A DNA stretch of 64,000 nt from Eledone cirrhosa (GCA_964016885.1 OZ024742.1:137144001-137208000); one strand, 5' to 3'. Shown: positions 39,726 to 53,644, counted from the first letter of the stretch. A program made the numbers and translations. The notes: a model not told the origin generated them from the letters alone.

Positions 39726-41402
39726 CATGTTATACATATGTGCATGTGTATATGTATATATAGTAAAATATGACCAAAGTTCAGATAAATGCACTGTGGC
39801 CAATAAACAACTTTCTGTCAACAAGAGAGTCGTTAAAGGCCAGTATAAAACGAAGACATCACCATTATTATCATCTTGTAAACCAGCCACAGCAACAAAA
39901 TAACAAGAACAGCATATAAAATACAGCAGTCACAACAGAATCTCCATTTCCTTCGCACGCTAAGCTGAACTTTGTTTTGTAGTCATAGCAGTGATACTTC
40001 ATTCTTCGTGGTTGCTACTGCCACAGCTACTGCTGCTGCTGTTGTTGTAAATGATTGTATATATATATGTGTGTGGGCGCGACAAAACAACAACCATCGT
40101 TGTAGTTTTCGTAGTCATACTGAGTGTAGTGCTGTTGGGGGTGAAACAGATAGAGCTATATATGCTATAGCTTTAAATAGATCATTTATTACTCACAACT
40201 TTAAATGAAGGAGACGGCCATCTTTTTTTCCACTTTCCACTTTTTATTTATTTATCTTTTATTTTCTCTCGTTACCTTAATATTTGTTTGTTTTGTTTTC
40301 ATTGGTTTTCTTTTTTCGGTTATTTCATTATTACTTTTCGTTTTCACCTCTAATTTATTATGCTATTGCACTACCGTGACTAAACTTCATTGCCTTTCTT
40401 TAAAGAGACAATTTATATACGTTTAGAAAGCAACTGTTATTCCTTGGAGAGATGCTGGCCAAGTGTATATAATCATGCATTAGTCTACCTACGAAACGAA
40501 ATTATATTGATTTCTGTTTTAACTAGTAATAAAGACTTCACTACCAGTTTGCTTAAGAACGAAATACGAAGCTGTGATATTTATACTTTTTCGGAGAGTA
40601 TTTGCTGCTTCAGTGTAGAAGTGGGTTTCAATTGAATATTGAAATTGCATCAAGGTTTCAGCATGTCAGGAATGTAATTCTTGATGTATAGCATTTGCAA
40701 CGTGAAAACAGAATTATAGAGAAATTGTATTTTTAAATCGTCAGGTCAGGTTTCTGCCTGCTACTGGTACCATGTGACGTAGTGCAACCTGCTTCATGGT
40801 CGAGTGGTCGGTGACTAAACTGACCCCCCTCACCAACCCGTAATTGGCCAAGCGCGGTGAGTCCGAATACACCCTTAATATGAACAAAACCAAACAGAAA
40901 GCAGTGGAGCTCAACCAGGGAGGGGTTCTCCGACTAGAGTGAAAAGGCTCTGGGTTGGAGTGGATGCTTAAAGTAATAGCAGACGGATGTGAATGGAGAT
41001 AGCATTTACATATTATTGTAATTATTCGTTTCGTTGCTAGTGAATGTATGCGGAAGACTTTTACACAACACACATGGATCTCTATGAGCCTATCTCCACT
41101 TAAATATTTAGCATTGTTGTACCTGGCTTTAAGTATTCATATAATGGTCAAGTTTCTATTAACATTATGTTAAAATCATTGCATATTTAAGATATTCACG
41201 ATGGCATATTACAACGTGTTTAGACGTGAGTCATAGTTAATAAATAAACTATAATAGATTAACTAATTTCTTTTAATGTATTAACATCAGAGAAAGACTT
41301 ATTAGATCGGTCATGATATATGAATTGAAAGCAAAATTTGTTTTCGCTTTTAACTTGGTGGCTACCTAAATATATTCGTGAGTGAATTATCATAATATTA
41401 TA

Positions 41403-41565
41403 ATAATTGTTTCTACATTTGGCACAACGCCAGCAATTATCCCAGTACATTACTGGTGCTTTATTTTATCGACCCCGTAAGGATGAATAGCAAAGTTAAC
41501 CTAGGCGGGATTTTAACCGTAAAGGGCCGTAACTCTATGATGTAAAACAAGGCATCCGACCCTAA
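41403..41565 (-). mobile_element. SINE S1, left arm of a fold-back
   Basis: Reverse complement of S1. Confidence 0.8.
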
Positions 41566-41796
41566 TATCATTAATATGCCCTTTGTTTACAATTAAACAG
41601 CTTCAGAAAAAAACACGTGGTAAATGACGGCAGACTTACGCAAGACATAGGAATCTCTATGTGCCTATCTCCACTTGAAAAATTTAGCATGGGTGTACCG
41701 GGCTTTAAGTATTCATATCATGACGTCGTCATCTAACACGTGGTGTTTTATGAGGCTGTTTACTTGTAAACACACCGAATATTAATAATATTATGA

Positions 41797-41958
41797 TATT
41801 CGGACGCCATGCTGTGCAGCATAGAGTTGGGGCCCTTTGCAGTCTTAGTTCAAATCCCGCCGTGCTTATCTTTGCCTTTCATTATTACGGGGTCGATAAA
41901 ATAAAGTACCAGTAATGCACTGTTATATTTGCCGGCCTTGTGCCAAAACTATTGTTAT
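41797..41958 (+). mobile_element. SINE S1, right arm of a fold-back
   Basis: B box agttcaaatcccgcc and central domain. Confidence 0.8.
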
Positions 41959-41984
41959 CATTCACTCACGATATATATAATTTC

Positions 41985-42295
41985 TACAATGACATATTTG
42001 CGTAATATGGTGACACAGTCAATTCCCAAGCAAGACCAACCAATCTCAAGGATGTTTCCCGACCATCTTTCTCGGGGGCTACTTCTGGAACTCCTGCTGG
42101 TTTGTTTTGCCCGTAAAATCTGTCCAGCGATTCGTTTCTGGGACATTCTAACCACATGCCTATATTATCGGAGCAGTGATCTCTCAATTCGGAGAAGTAG
42201 TAGCTCTACTAGGAGTGACTGCCTAAACTCCGAGCTACGTACTCTATCGAGGATCGTTACTCAACAGACCCGTCGGAGGAACCCCATTTCTTACA
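41985..42295 (-). mobile_element. RTE LINE 3' fragment
   Basis: MGFLRRVC..TILDRVRSSEFRQSL...HVVRMSQKRIAGQIL...PRERWSGNI. Confidence 0.8.
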
Positions 42296-42319
42296 AATAA
42301 TACATATTATTCTGGCCAT

Positions 42320-42540
42320 GGTGGGTGGTGGATTTGCAATACTGGTAGAGCGTCGGATACCATGTTTGCGGCATATATTTATGGCCTTTTGCATTCTGAT
42401 TGTAAATCCCTCAGAGGTTAGCTTTGTTGTTCATCCTTACAAAGTCGATAAAATAAAAAACCAGTGTCGCTCTGGGCTCGAAATAATCGGCTTTGCCTCC
42501 TCCAAAAGTTTTGGCTTGTGTCTAATTTAGTAAACATTAT
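42320..42540 (+). mobile_element. SINE S1, diverged
   Basis: Head gcaatactggtagagcgtcggatacc and central domain. Confidence 0.75.
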
Positions 42541-43803
42541 TCCGGCCACGAAAACGTGGTAGCATATGAATTGCCAGCTTTCCAGCTTGTTGAATGGTAT
42601 TTCGTTCTCTAAGCTACCAATGCTCTCAACCGAAACAATCTCGTCTCATAAAAAGAAATAACAAAAAAAAAAAAGACAAATATGGAAGTCATGTTAGATT
42701 TCATAGTTGAAAGTGTAACTATAATTTCGCTTCCAAATGGGTAAAACATAGTTGTTTCGACATCAAGCAGCGATCAATTTTGCCTTTTACTTTATCGGGA
42801 TCGATAAATAAAGTAACATTGTAGGATATTGGACTGGCAAAATTATGATACCTCTTTCGAGGTATTAAGTTTGCCTGCAATGTCGCTAGTCCCAAAATGT
42901 CCCAGCCTTTGACCTACGTTTTAACAAATCGGTGGTTTAGTGAGGGGAATGTTACTTGCATCGGCGCCTACTAATCTTCAATCATGAAACGTTGTAGCTT
43001 GAAGAAGAACTGTTCAGATATAGGCCTTTGAGCAAACGAGTGCCTTGGAAGCCCTCAACATTTGAGAGATTGATTAATATTGAACATGCCATGCAAAAGT
43101 TATGAATTAAATATAAAGAGCTAAATAGGAAATTGAACTTGATTCGCAAAATTCTAAAACTTATAGCATGTCATAACTATATCGTAAACACTAAATCATG
43201 TTTTAAGGAAGAAAAAGATTTTATGAAGTTGGGAATGCACTTCAAAGACATTATTCATATTATTCAGTTATTAAGATTGTCATTGGAGACGATATTCACA
43301 GTGTATTTCTGCAGTGTTAGAGATTCTTGGTTGAATTCTTCAGATGTAGTTGAAGAAATCTTTCGATAGACGCGTACGTGTGCAGCAATCTCTACTTGGT
43401 TTTCAGCCAAAATGACGCCAAAATGACGCCGGTTGATGTTCAACTAGCAATTGACATTATCTAACCCCCAACTTGTTGTGTTGGAAGTGTTTTATAATAT
43501 AGCCTGGAAAATCAATGGCAAGAGGCAGGTAAAAACAGTTTGTAATTTCGTGATTTTAGCGCATATAATGTAGGGATGACTGTGATTAAGGACATTGTTT
43601 GATTCTATAATATGCAGAAACTTTCCAACTAGTTAGACACAACGTATTCACCACAGGCTCTCCCAGTTCCCTCTCACATCAAACAAATACGCATACACAC
43701 ATATCTATACATTAGCCACTTGCACAGACATAATATACATGCAGACATACATACATATATATATAATATATATATATACGTATATATATATATATATATA
43801 TAC

Positions 43804-43867
<64 letters not shown>

Positions 43868-43970
43868 ATATTTAATTACATAAAAAAACACGTTATCTAT
43901 CTGTCTATCGATCTCTATTTCTCTCTATCTATCCATGTATCTATCTACTTCTCTCCCTCTCTCTCTCTCT

Positions 43971-44002
<32 letters not shown>

Positions 44003-44017
44003 TATATTTTAATACAT

Positions 44018-44083
<66 letters not shown>

Positions 44084-44663
44084 ATGTATTAAAATTACCA
44101 AATAATCATCCCGTATGAAGATGCTTGTTTAATATAAACATCCACAAATGCTTCCTCGTGTAAACATCATATATTTACTGATACAGACACACACTAGTTT
44201 ATAGCTACATATATACAATGATATATAAATCCACAATGGTAGATTTCTAATGATTTCACACATATTGGAAATATATACATAAACATACTCGTCGTCATAC
44301 ACATGGACTTATAGAAAAATACATTCCGTCTCACATCACAAACTCCCAAAACTAACAGACACACACATGTATATATATATATAATCGTTTCAAATTTGCA
44401 GTTCCAAGTTAACCCTGAAGCCATCTATCTTGGCATCGTGTCAAACATCTTACTATACACCGCTTTTCCAATCGAAAATCATATTTAATCGACAGATTAG
44501 CTTGTCTACCACGGTTAAGAACACGTTTGCGATTATAAATTCTCGCACGAATTTGTCGGCGTTGAGTTCTATAATCCTTTTCTTTCCATTCATTTTATGT
44601 TTGTATTTATTTCTTGTATTTACGTATTTAGCTTTTTTGTTTTTCTTCTACTTCTTGCATGTT

Positions 44664-44761
<98 letters not shown>

Positions 44762-45155
44762 GTATATATATTTTTTTCATTTTTCTCTTTAGTGTTTTGG
44801 TATTTTGGCACATATATATTTTCCATCTGTATCGATCTGGTTTTTTCTGTAGATGAATTTCTGAAGCACTTTTTATTCTTAACGTTCCTGTCGCTCTCTT
44901 TCTGATTTACCTTCTTTATTTCTATTTGCTTCCTTTTATTTTCATACATGTGTGTGTATGTGTGTATGTGTGCGTTGGTGTGTAGGTGTGGGATGTAGGG
45001 CGTATGTGTATATGTGTGTACAGACATGTATGTGTAAGTTTATGTATAACATGCTTCTATATAGTCCACATTAGCAGAGAGTTGATAGGAAAACTGATGT
45101 AGACGTATACAGACGCAGACGTGTGCAAACGCATACATACCCACACACTCAGCCC

Positions 45156-45223
<68 letters not shown>

Positions 45224-45645
45224 GATTTTAAGTGTATATGTGTGTGTTTTTGAAGCGAATACATATGGATGATGTTCAAAGAAAATGTCGAATATAATAT
45301 GAGAGAAATGTTTCGTTTGAAGTTATAAGTTTATCATATTTTTGATTCTATGTTGTTTATTGTATCGTATTATTTTCTTTTCCCAAATATGTCAATGGGT
45401 CTTATTTACCCTAATTCTGATGCTTTATAAAGGACAATATTTTAAATCCGAAGATAAATGTGAATATAAATGATTAGAAATTTTGATATTATTTCCGTTA
45501 AAACGTTGTTTGGCTTGTGTGCCAACGATAATTTCCTCTACAAATTTTAACAGCTCATCCATCATGCTATTATCTGCTTTCCTACAATGTATGTATGTAA
45601 GTATGTATATATGTATGTTTGTATGATTGTATCTATGTATGTATG

Positions 45646-48600
45646 TTCTTCTGGTTTTATAATTTCACAAATGTTTTCCCAATAGAGAGAGAGTCAGTTT
45701 CTAACATAGACACATGTCTCTCTCATTGGAATTTACACAACATCAACTAGGTAGAATATGTATGCATGCATGCATGTGTAGATATGGATGTTATTGTATG
45801 TGTAGATGTGGTTGTTTTGAGTTGTATGTGTGCATGTGTATATGCTTTGTATCTGTACATGTGTATATGCAGTTATTAGATGCACAATTTTTGGAATATT
45901 TTACATAATTTTACTGTTCAATTAATGGATTGTACTTGTAATTTCCTAACTAGTTGTGTTCTTTCTATTCCTGTGAAGCATAGCTTCTCAAGATTGGTTT
46001 TGAGGCAGTTACTAATGTGCCCCAATAACCACAGGCATAAATCTGAAGGTGTAATCAGAGTGGAGTATCTGCAGATTTCTCATCAGTTCTGGATAAATAT
46101 TTTCCTTTTCGCTAATCTTCGATATTATATTGGCATCTGCTGGGCAGCTAATTTCCACTACTGTGCATGCTTTCTTTTCCCTGTCCCATATCATAATATC
46201 TGGTCTGTTATGCCTGCATTTTATTGGGGTTTTTAGTGGAATATTCTAGCGGTACTCTTTCATATTATGTACATGGATGTCTTCCACATTGCTGTAGCTT
46301 TTAATGTGTTTATTATCGGGGCTATCTTTTATACGAACTGCATTGTACAGTATTTTGGCCACTACATCCTGCCTCATAGGTAGATAGTACCGCGATGACA
46401 TATTTGGACAGCTGCTGATGACATGGGTGATATCCTTGATGTTAGTTCTGCAGAGTCTGCACTTGTTATCACATCTATGACTTTTGCCTGCCTCCCTATC
46501 TCTTTTGTGAATCAGGTATTTCGTGTTAATCTCCTGTTTTTGGATTGCAAAAGCGTATCCTTCAAAGTGGGAACAAATATAGCGGTTGATGGTCCGAGAT
46601 AGACTACTTTCCTTATCTATATTACTCTCATTCTGGAGCTTTCTGGCAACATATACATGCATATTCTTTTGCTGATAAGCATGCAGTTTTTCATCCTTGG
46701 ATTCACTGCGATACTGCTGAGCGACATCGCTGGGCCTGAGTTTTTGATTATCACACAGGAAATATCTCTCGAGGTGTTCCTTCCCAACTCTCATGATCTG
46801 AATTGTTTCATGCAGATAGACTTGCTCGAGAAATGGGCTCCTACGCTTCGAGGTTCGTAGATGTTATCGGTGAGATATGATGCAACATTCAAATGCTGTC
46901 TGGACTCATGTTAGGCTTCTGCCTCCCTGCTTACGTTTCAAGTAAAGGCGGTCTATGTCACTGTTGATGTGGAGGTTTCCGGTGTTGTTTAGTATTTTTC
47001 GAGTTCCAACATCAACTGCTCGGATTTCGTCTATGGTCCAATTGAGTATTCCAAACGCTGGTGTTAGGACAGGCACAGCAAACACATTGTGACCAAACCT
47101 TTCTTAATCGGGTGTAGTATTCCCTGGTTACGTGTTCCTTATTACAGATACCGTTATAGGATATGCTCTCATCTATCCCCAGGTATCTGTAGTAGTCCTC
47201 ATCAGATATCTGTGAAATAGTTAGGCCATTGATGACAATGTTGCTAGATTGGGTTGTTGTTTTTCCCGGCTTTACAATCATGTATGAGCATTTATCTAGG
47301 CCAAACTCCATTCCTATATCCTTTGAGAACGTTGTAACCAGGTCAATATTTTTCTTCATCCCATCCATGTTCTTGGCATAGAGTTTCAGATCGTCCAGAA
47401 AGAAACCATGGGTTAGGTTCGCATTTCTGTCCTCCTATTAGCCAATGGTGTATCCCTCACATTTCTTCAGCAGAAAAGACAAGGGGTTTAATGACAAGAT
47501 GAATAATATCACAGAGAGACTGTCCCCCTGAAACATACCCCTGCGATATTTTATTTTAGCAGTGAAAATAGTGTCCTCCCTTTCTGATTTAATCTTAGGG
47601 TAGTAGCCCAAGAAGAAGACAGCCTCTCTATGGCTCTGACAATAATGCCTGGGACTTTAAAGTTGGAGGACGTCTATCATCCAAGAATGGGGAACAGAAT
47701 CGAAAGCTTTCCTGTAGTCCAGCCAGACTGTAGCCATATTCCTCCTAAGTTGTCGCACCTCCGACATCGCAGTTTTGTTGATTAGGAGTTGTTCAGCACA
47801 TCCCCAAACCCCTTTCTTTCCAGCTGTTTGTTCATCTGTGATGATGTTATTAATTTCACAGTGATCTTGGAGGAATAGTTTTCAGGCAGGCTTTATACAT
47901 CTTATACATCAGGTTCTGGCATGCAATGGGTCGTTAGTTTTTTGCCAAGTGGGTGTCTTTGTTCTTGGGGACCAGTAATGTTTGTGCTAATGTCAATCAT
48001 TCTGGTATAAGTGTATCTCCCTTACGAACTTGTTGGTAGAGGTCAGTAAGAATCCTCCGATAGAATATCAGTTTTGTGTACCAGTAGCCGACAATCATGT
48101 GTCTTCCTGGTGTTTTCTTATCTTAGAGTTTTCCTATCACAGTCTCAAGTGTACCCTCACTTATTTCGTATGTTTTTGTTGTAGTGTAAGAACAATAGTT
48201 CTTTCCGATTTCTCTTAGCCACACTGCATCTTGGTTGACATTCTTCTTTTGCTCCAAAAGGAATCTATGTCTATCTGGGATGGGCCCTCAGTGACACTTT
48301 TTATTTTGTTCTTCATATCTCTATAGACTAATGTTTGGTTTCGTCTGAATCTTTTATTAAGAACTTTTCTCTCATTTACTTTCTTCAGATATCGGCGTTT
48401 TTCGATAACTGCTCTCAATTCTTGTTTGAGGGTGATCAGCTTATATTGAAGAGTTCTGGTTCTACTGTTACCAAACATCGTCTCTATTTTATCTTTCACT
48501 CTTTTTTGGTGAGGAGTGAGGTTTTTTTGTTTGTTTACATGTAAGGAGCATTGTCACATATCCTATGGTTTTTCGTAGGTCAGCAATCTTTTTTTCTATT

Positions 48601-49705
48601 TTAGTTTTACATGATGGTATTTTTGGTGGTGTTCTGTTCTTGTTAATATCTCTGCTATCACCAAGATAATGCTTCACTGTCGTTGCTAAGGCTTATAAAC
48701 AGGCGTTGATTTGCCAAAATATTGGGGTTTTTATCCCCTATTTCGTCAATAACACGTAATATTTCATTATTTGTTTTTTTATTAAACATTGTCGTTTTAA
48801 TACGTTCAACAAGAGAGATATTTATACATGAATTAATTTCTCTCTGGGAGATTTTGTTGAGGGAAATTTTCAATTGTTTATACTTTTGATTATTATCTTT
48901 ATCGATAGTATTTTCCACAACAGTTGAGGTAGACTCGGATGGTACACGTGGTGTCAAATTTCTTCGCTTATTATTATTATTTCTTCGATTATTATTATTA
49001 TCGATAGTGTTTACCCGAGCATTCGAGGTAGACTTAGATAGTACAGGTGGTGTCAAGTTTCTTACAGGCATAGTTGTTTCAAGGCGCTGTTCGACCTGGC
49101 TGCTAGGAAGTCTAGTAGCATGGCGACCTGTAGCACGTGTTGTTGATCCCATCGTTGTTGTGGGGGACTTACAATTAATACTATTTATCTTATTTTTACG
49201 TTCATCAAACGTCGCTTGTTGGTGTAATTGTTTAGCTGTGAAATAATTTAGCTCTGGGTGCATTTCGTCCCAGTGTAGCTTCATTCTGTTCATATAGCCA
49301 ATGGAGGGATTGTTTTTTGCCATTTTATAACAATTAAATAAATCATTATTAATTTCGCAACTCCAAGAGAAATACGATTTAAAATTTCGGTTTCTTCTGT
49401 AGCTACAACTGAATGAAGTTTTTTAACTTTCTTGTTGTTCGTCTTCGATACTTCCTTAATGCTGTTGTTGATGTTGTGTTCAGCCATGCTGTTTGTAGCA
49501 AATCCTTGTAAAATGAATTATGTATTTAGTCGGATATCTCTACGATTTCGAATAAAAGGTGTATTCAAAAGATACAGTTAGAAGATTAACCAGTTATTCA
49601 ACATGATTGTAGTTGTGGCATTACTGTCAGATATAGTATTCATCTTAAATTTAATAAATAGTCTCCCATCTTAAATTTAATAAATAGTCTCTCACGTTGA
49701 CTGTA
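45646..49705 (-). mobile_element. Near full-length R4/Dong-like non-LTR retrotransposon (single ORF: N-terminal domain, RT, CCHC, PD-(D/E)xK RLE), copy 2, disrupted
   Basis: From about 49487: GYMNRMKLHWDEMHP; RPIACQNLMYK, GKKGVWGCAEQLLIN, VWLDYRKAFDSVPH, GMFQGDSLS, FFLDDLKLYAK, FGLDKC, YRYLG, CRLCRTNIKDITHVISSC, NRPDIMIWD...VEISCP...EKENIY. Ends in a (CATA)n tail. Confidence 0.92.
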
Positions 49706-49724
49706 TAGTATGTATGTATGTATG

Positions 49725-50530
49725 TTCTTTTGGTTTTATAATTTCACAAATGTTTTCCCAAGAGAGAGAGAGTCGGTTTCTAACATAGATACAAGACTCT
49801 CTCATTTAAATTTACACATCAACTAGGTAGATAATGCACTTGTTATCACATCTAGGTGTTTTGCCTGCATCCCTATCTATTTCGTGAATCAGGTATTTCG
49901 TGTTAATCTCCTGTTCTTGGATTGCAAAAGCGGATCCTTTAAAGTGGGAGCCAATATAGCGGTTGTTGGTCCAAGATAGACTACTTTCCTTATCTATACT
50001 AGTCTCAGTCTGGAGCTTTCTGGCAACATATACATGCATGATTTTTTGCTGATAAGCATGCAGTTTTTCATCCTTGGATTCACTGCGATACTGCTTAGCG
50101 ACTTCCCTGGGTGAGAGTTTTTGATTATCACACAGGGAATATCTCTCGAGGAGTTCCTTCCCAACTCTCATGATCTGATATGTTTCATGCAGATAGACTT
50201 GGTCGAGAGACGGGCTCCTACGCTTCGAGGTTCGTAGATGTTGTCGGAGAGTTATGATGCGACATTCAAATGCTGTCTGGACTCATGTTAGGTCTCTGCC
50301 TCCCTGCTTACGTTTCAAGTAAAGGCGGTCTATGTCACTGTTGATGTGGATGTTTCCGGTGTTGTTTAGTATTTTTCGAGTTCCAACATCAACTGCTCGG
50401 ATTTCGTCTATGGTCCAATTGAGTATTCCAAACGTTGGTGGTAGGACAGGCACAGCAAACACATTGTGAGCCACTGTTCAGGTTTGCGCAGAGAGTTCCG
50501 ATGACCAAAACCTTCTTAATCGGGTGTAGT
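49725..50530 (-). mobile_element. 5'-truncated, internally deleted R4/Dong-like copy 3, in tandem with copy 2
   Basis: High similarity to 46460-47120 plus the same 3' end. (TATG)n at both junctions. Confidence 0.9.
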
Positions 50531-50543
50531 GTATGTATGTATG

Positions 50544-50574
<31 letters not shown>

Positions 50575-50815
50575 GCATCAGTGTATGTATGTATGCATGT
50601 GTGTATGTTTGTTTGGATGTATGTATGTATCCATGTTTATATGTATGTATGTATGTACGTACATATCCATGTTTATATGTTTGTATGTATGTATCCATGT
50701 ATGTATATATACTTGTATGTATGTATGTATGTATGTATGTATGTATGTATGTATGTATGTATGTATGTATGTATGTATGTATGTATGTATGTATGTTTGT
50801 TTGTATGTACGTATG
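50531..50815. repeat. (TATG)n microsatellite
   Basis: Direct reading. Confidence 0.95.
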
Positions 50816-51304
50816 AATGTAGATGTATGTGTATATGTTTTTATCTATGTGTCGCCGCAATCTCACACTAACATCAATATTACTGATTGTATTGGAGGCA
50901 CTGTTCTGCAAGTGACTGGCCAGCTTCATCCCAATTATGAAGTCTCAACAATATGCTGATCCTCAAGTTGTCAGTCACTCTTATGAATTCTACCTCAAAT
51001 TCAACAAATAAAATATATACATTTTATTGATGTACCGATTTCACTTCCTTCTAATGGTATCCATGCCTACTGTTTTATATATATATATACATATATATAT
51101 ATACATATATACACCCCCCCCCCATATATATATATATAATTCAAATTAAACGATATATATATATATATATCGATAGAAAGAGCCATTTATCGTAATTGAT
51201 GCTCTAGGCAAATATCAATTGAGCTTTTCTACTGAACAACATGAATATCGTATGTTGTGATGGCTTAAATTCTTAAATTAGTATGTATATATATATATAA
51301 GAAA

Positions 51305-52507
51305 TATAACGGTTTACATATACATAAACTAGACAGAGCCATAGATATATATATGTGTTATTCACGGTGTGGCTCAATGACGATTTAATTAATCAAATAA
51401 TCAACAATCAGAGCAATATATAAGAAAGTAAGTCCATAGAATCATTTGTTAAAATATATACAGTATTTCTCCTCAAAATCAGCATAATTAACCAACCAAA
51501 AAATCAATTAAACGAGTCTATATGTTTAAAATGTACCTATGAAGAAACCATAGGTAAATAAAAGATAGCTATTTTATCCGCGATCCACAGCCACAGTTTT
51601 TCTAATAGCCCGTAGATATTGATTAGGCATATAGCCAACCATACACAATTAGGTACAAAATCAAATTTAGAAGAAAAAATGTTGGTATGTTTTGGTATGT
51701 TTATGTACATTTTTTCTTCTAACTTTGATTTTGTACCTAATTGTATTTTTTACCAATTTCTACGGGCTATTAGAAATATATTTTATCAAATGATTCTATG
51801 GACTTACTTTCTTATATATTGCTCTGATTGTTAATTATTTGATTAATTAATTAGTCATTGCCAATAACACATATATATATCTATGGCTCTGACTAGTTTA
51901 TGTATATATATAAACCTATATATTTTTTATATACACCCGTATATATATTTTTTATATACACCCGTATGGTTGAGTACCAATTTAGGCAGTATTCGGCCGC
52001 GCTTTCTTGCAACCTGCCTACTCGCCGTCAGGCACCAATCACAAGCTTTCTGACTTGACCACTAGCCATGTGACAATTCTTAGCCATTTTGAATTCGTTT
52101 CTGGCGGGGATCATTTCAGAACAATCTTTGTCCAACTGAGTTTGTTTCCTGATGATTTCGAAACTCATGAATTTATCCATGATCGGGTATTTCCAAAAAG
52201 CGAATGAAACTTCATGGGGTAGAAACATAATTTTGGTATGTTTATGTACATTTTTTCTTCTAACTTTGATTTTGTACATAATTGTGAATGATTGGCTATA
52301 TGTCTAATCATTTTCTATGAGAAATACTGGGTAAATCTTCTGTGGCTGTTGATCGCGGATAAAATAGCTATCATTTATTTATTTACTGTTTCTTCATAGG
52401 TACATTTTAAACTTATAACCTCGTTTAATTGATTTTGTGTCTGGTCAATTATGCTGATTGGGGGGAGAAATACTGCATATATTTTATCAAATGATTCTAT
52501 GGACTTA

Positions 52508-52564
<57 letters not shown>

Positions 52565-53275
52565 TAAAACATGTCTTTAGAATCACTAGATATAATATAT
52601 ACCATTTCCTCTCCCAATTATCATAATTAACCATATAAAAAATCAATTAGACCAAGCTATAAGAATAAAGGCTCCTATGAAGAAATCTTCGACAAATAAC
52701 CGAAAGCAGCCCCTTCGCGGTGGCTACAATAGATTATTTATCTAATATTTCGACAGCATGTAAAAATCGACCAGATATACAGTCAACTAAACACAATTAC
52801 GTGTAAAATTGAACTTAGAAGAATTGCGTACATATCAAATTACCTCTACCATGGTTTCCTCTGTATTTTAACACATCCTATAACAAGGTATATCCGGAGC
52901 TTCGGAATCATCAGGAGCGAGCTCAAATTAAGACATTTAATTTTCCAAAGTGATCGCGCCAAAAATACATTCAAAAATGGCTAAGAATCGTGACGTGGCA
53001 GTGGTCAAGTTAGAAAGGATGTGACTAGTTGCTTACGGCAGGTAGGCTTATTGCAAGAAAGCGCAGCCTAATATCGCCAAATTGTATCTCAACCTAACGG
53101 AAGATTATTACATATAAATATTTAAATACATATATATAAAGTCATAGATATATAGGTGTTTTGCAATCGGTCACTTTGTGGCTCAATGAGAAATTAATAA
53201 ATTAAATAAAATAAAATAATCAGAGCTATATATCATAAAATATGTCTTTAGAATCACAAGATATATAATATAAAT
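51305..53275. mobile_element. Cluster of non-coding family E copies (~671-nt unit) in (TA)n: forward, fold-back, reverse, and a diverged terminally redundant copy
   Basis: 51305-51685 (+), 51690-51920 (-), 51960-52510 (-), 52561-53272 (+; the first ~38 nt recur at 53232). Confidence 0.75.
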
Positions 53276-53276
53276 A

Positions 53277-53340
<64 letters not shown>

Positions 53341-53343
<3 letters not shown>

Positions 53344-53531
53344 CGAACGAGGTGTGGTAAGGAACCAGATGGACCATAACGTACCAGAGCACTTAGGGTA
53401 GTAGAGTGGGTAATAGGAAAATAAAATGTATGACCCCGACGGCAGAGCTCAAGCCGTTTCGACCGCTATTTCTAATCCAGAAATACCCGTCGAAACAACT
53501 TGACCTCTACCGTCGGGGTCATACATTTTCC

Positions 53532-53533
<2 letters not shown>
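53341..53533 (-). mobile_element. Family H2 copy ending in a ~120-bp palindrome
   Basis: Inverted homolog of 54105-54288; palindrome at 53414-53533. Confidence 0.75.
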
Positions 53534-53562
<29 letters not shown>

Positions 53563-53644
53563 AATTAGTATATCTAGTAACATATATATACACACAGATG
53601 CATACCTATGCTAGCAAATCTCTATAAAAAACATGAGAAGAAAA

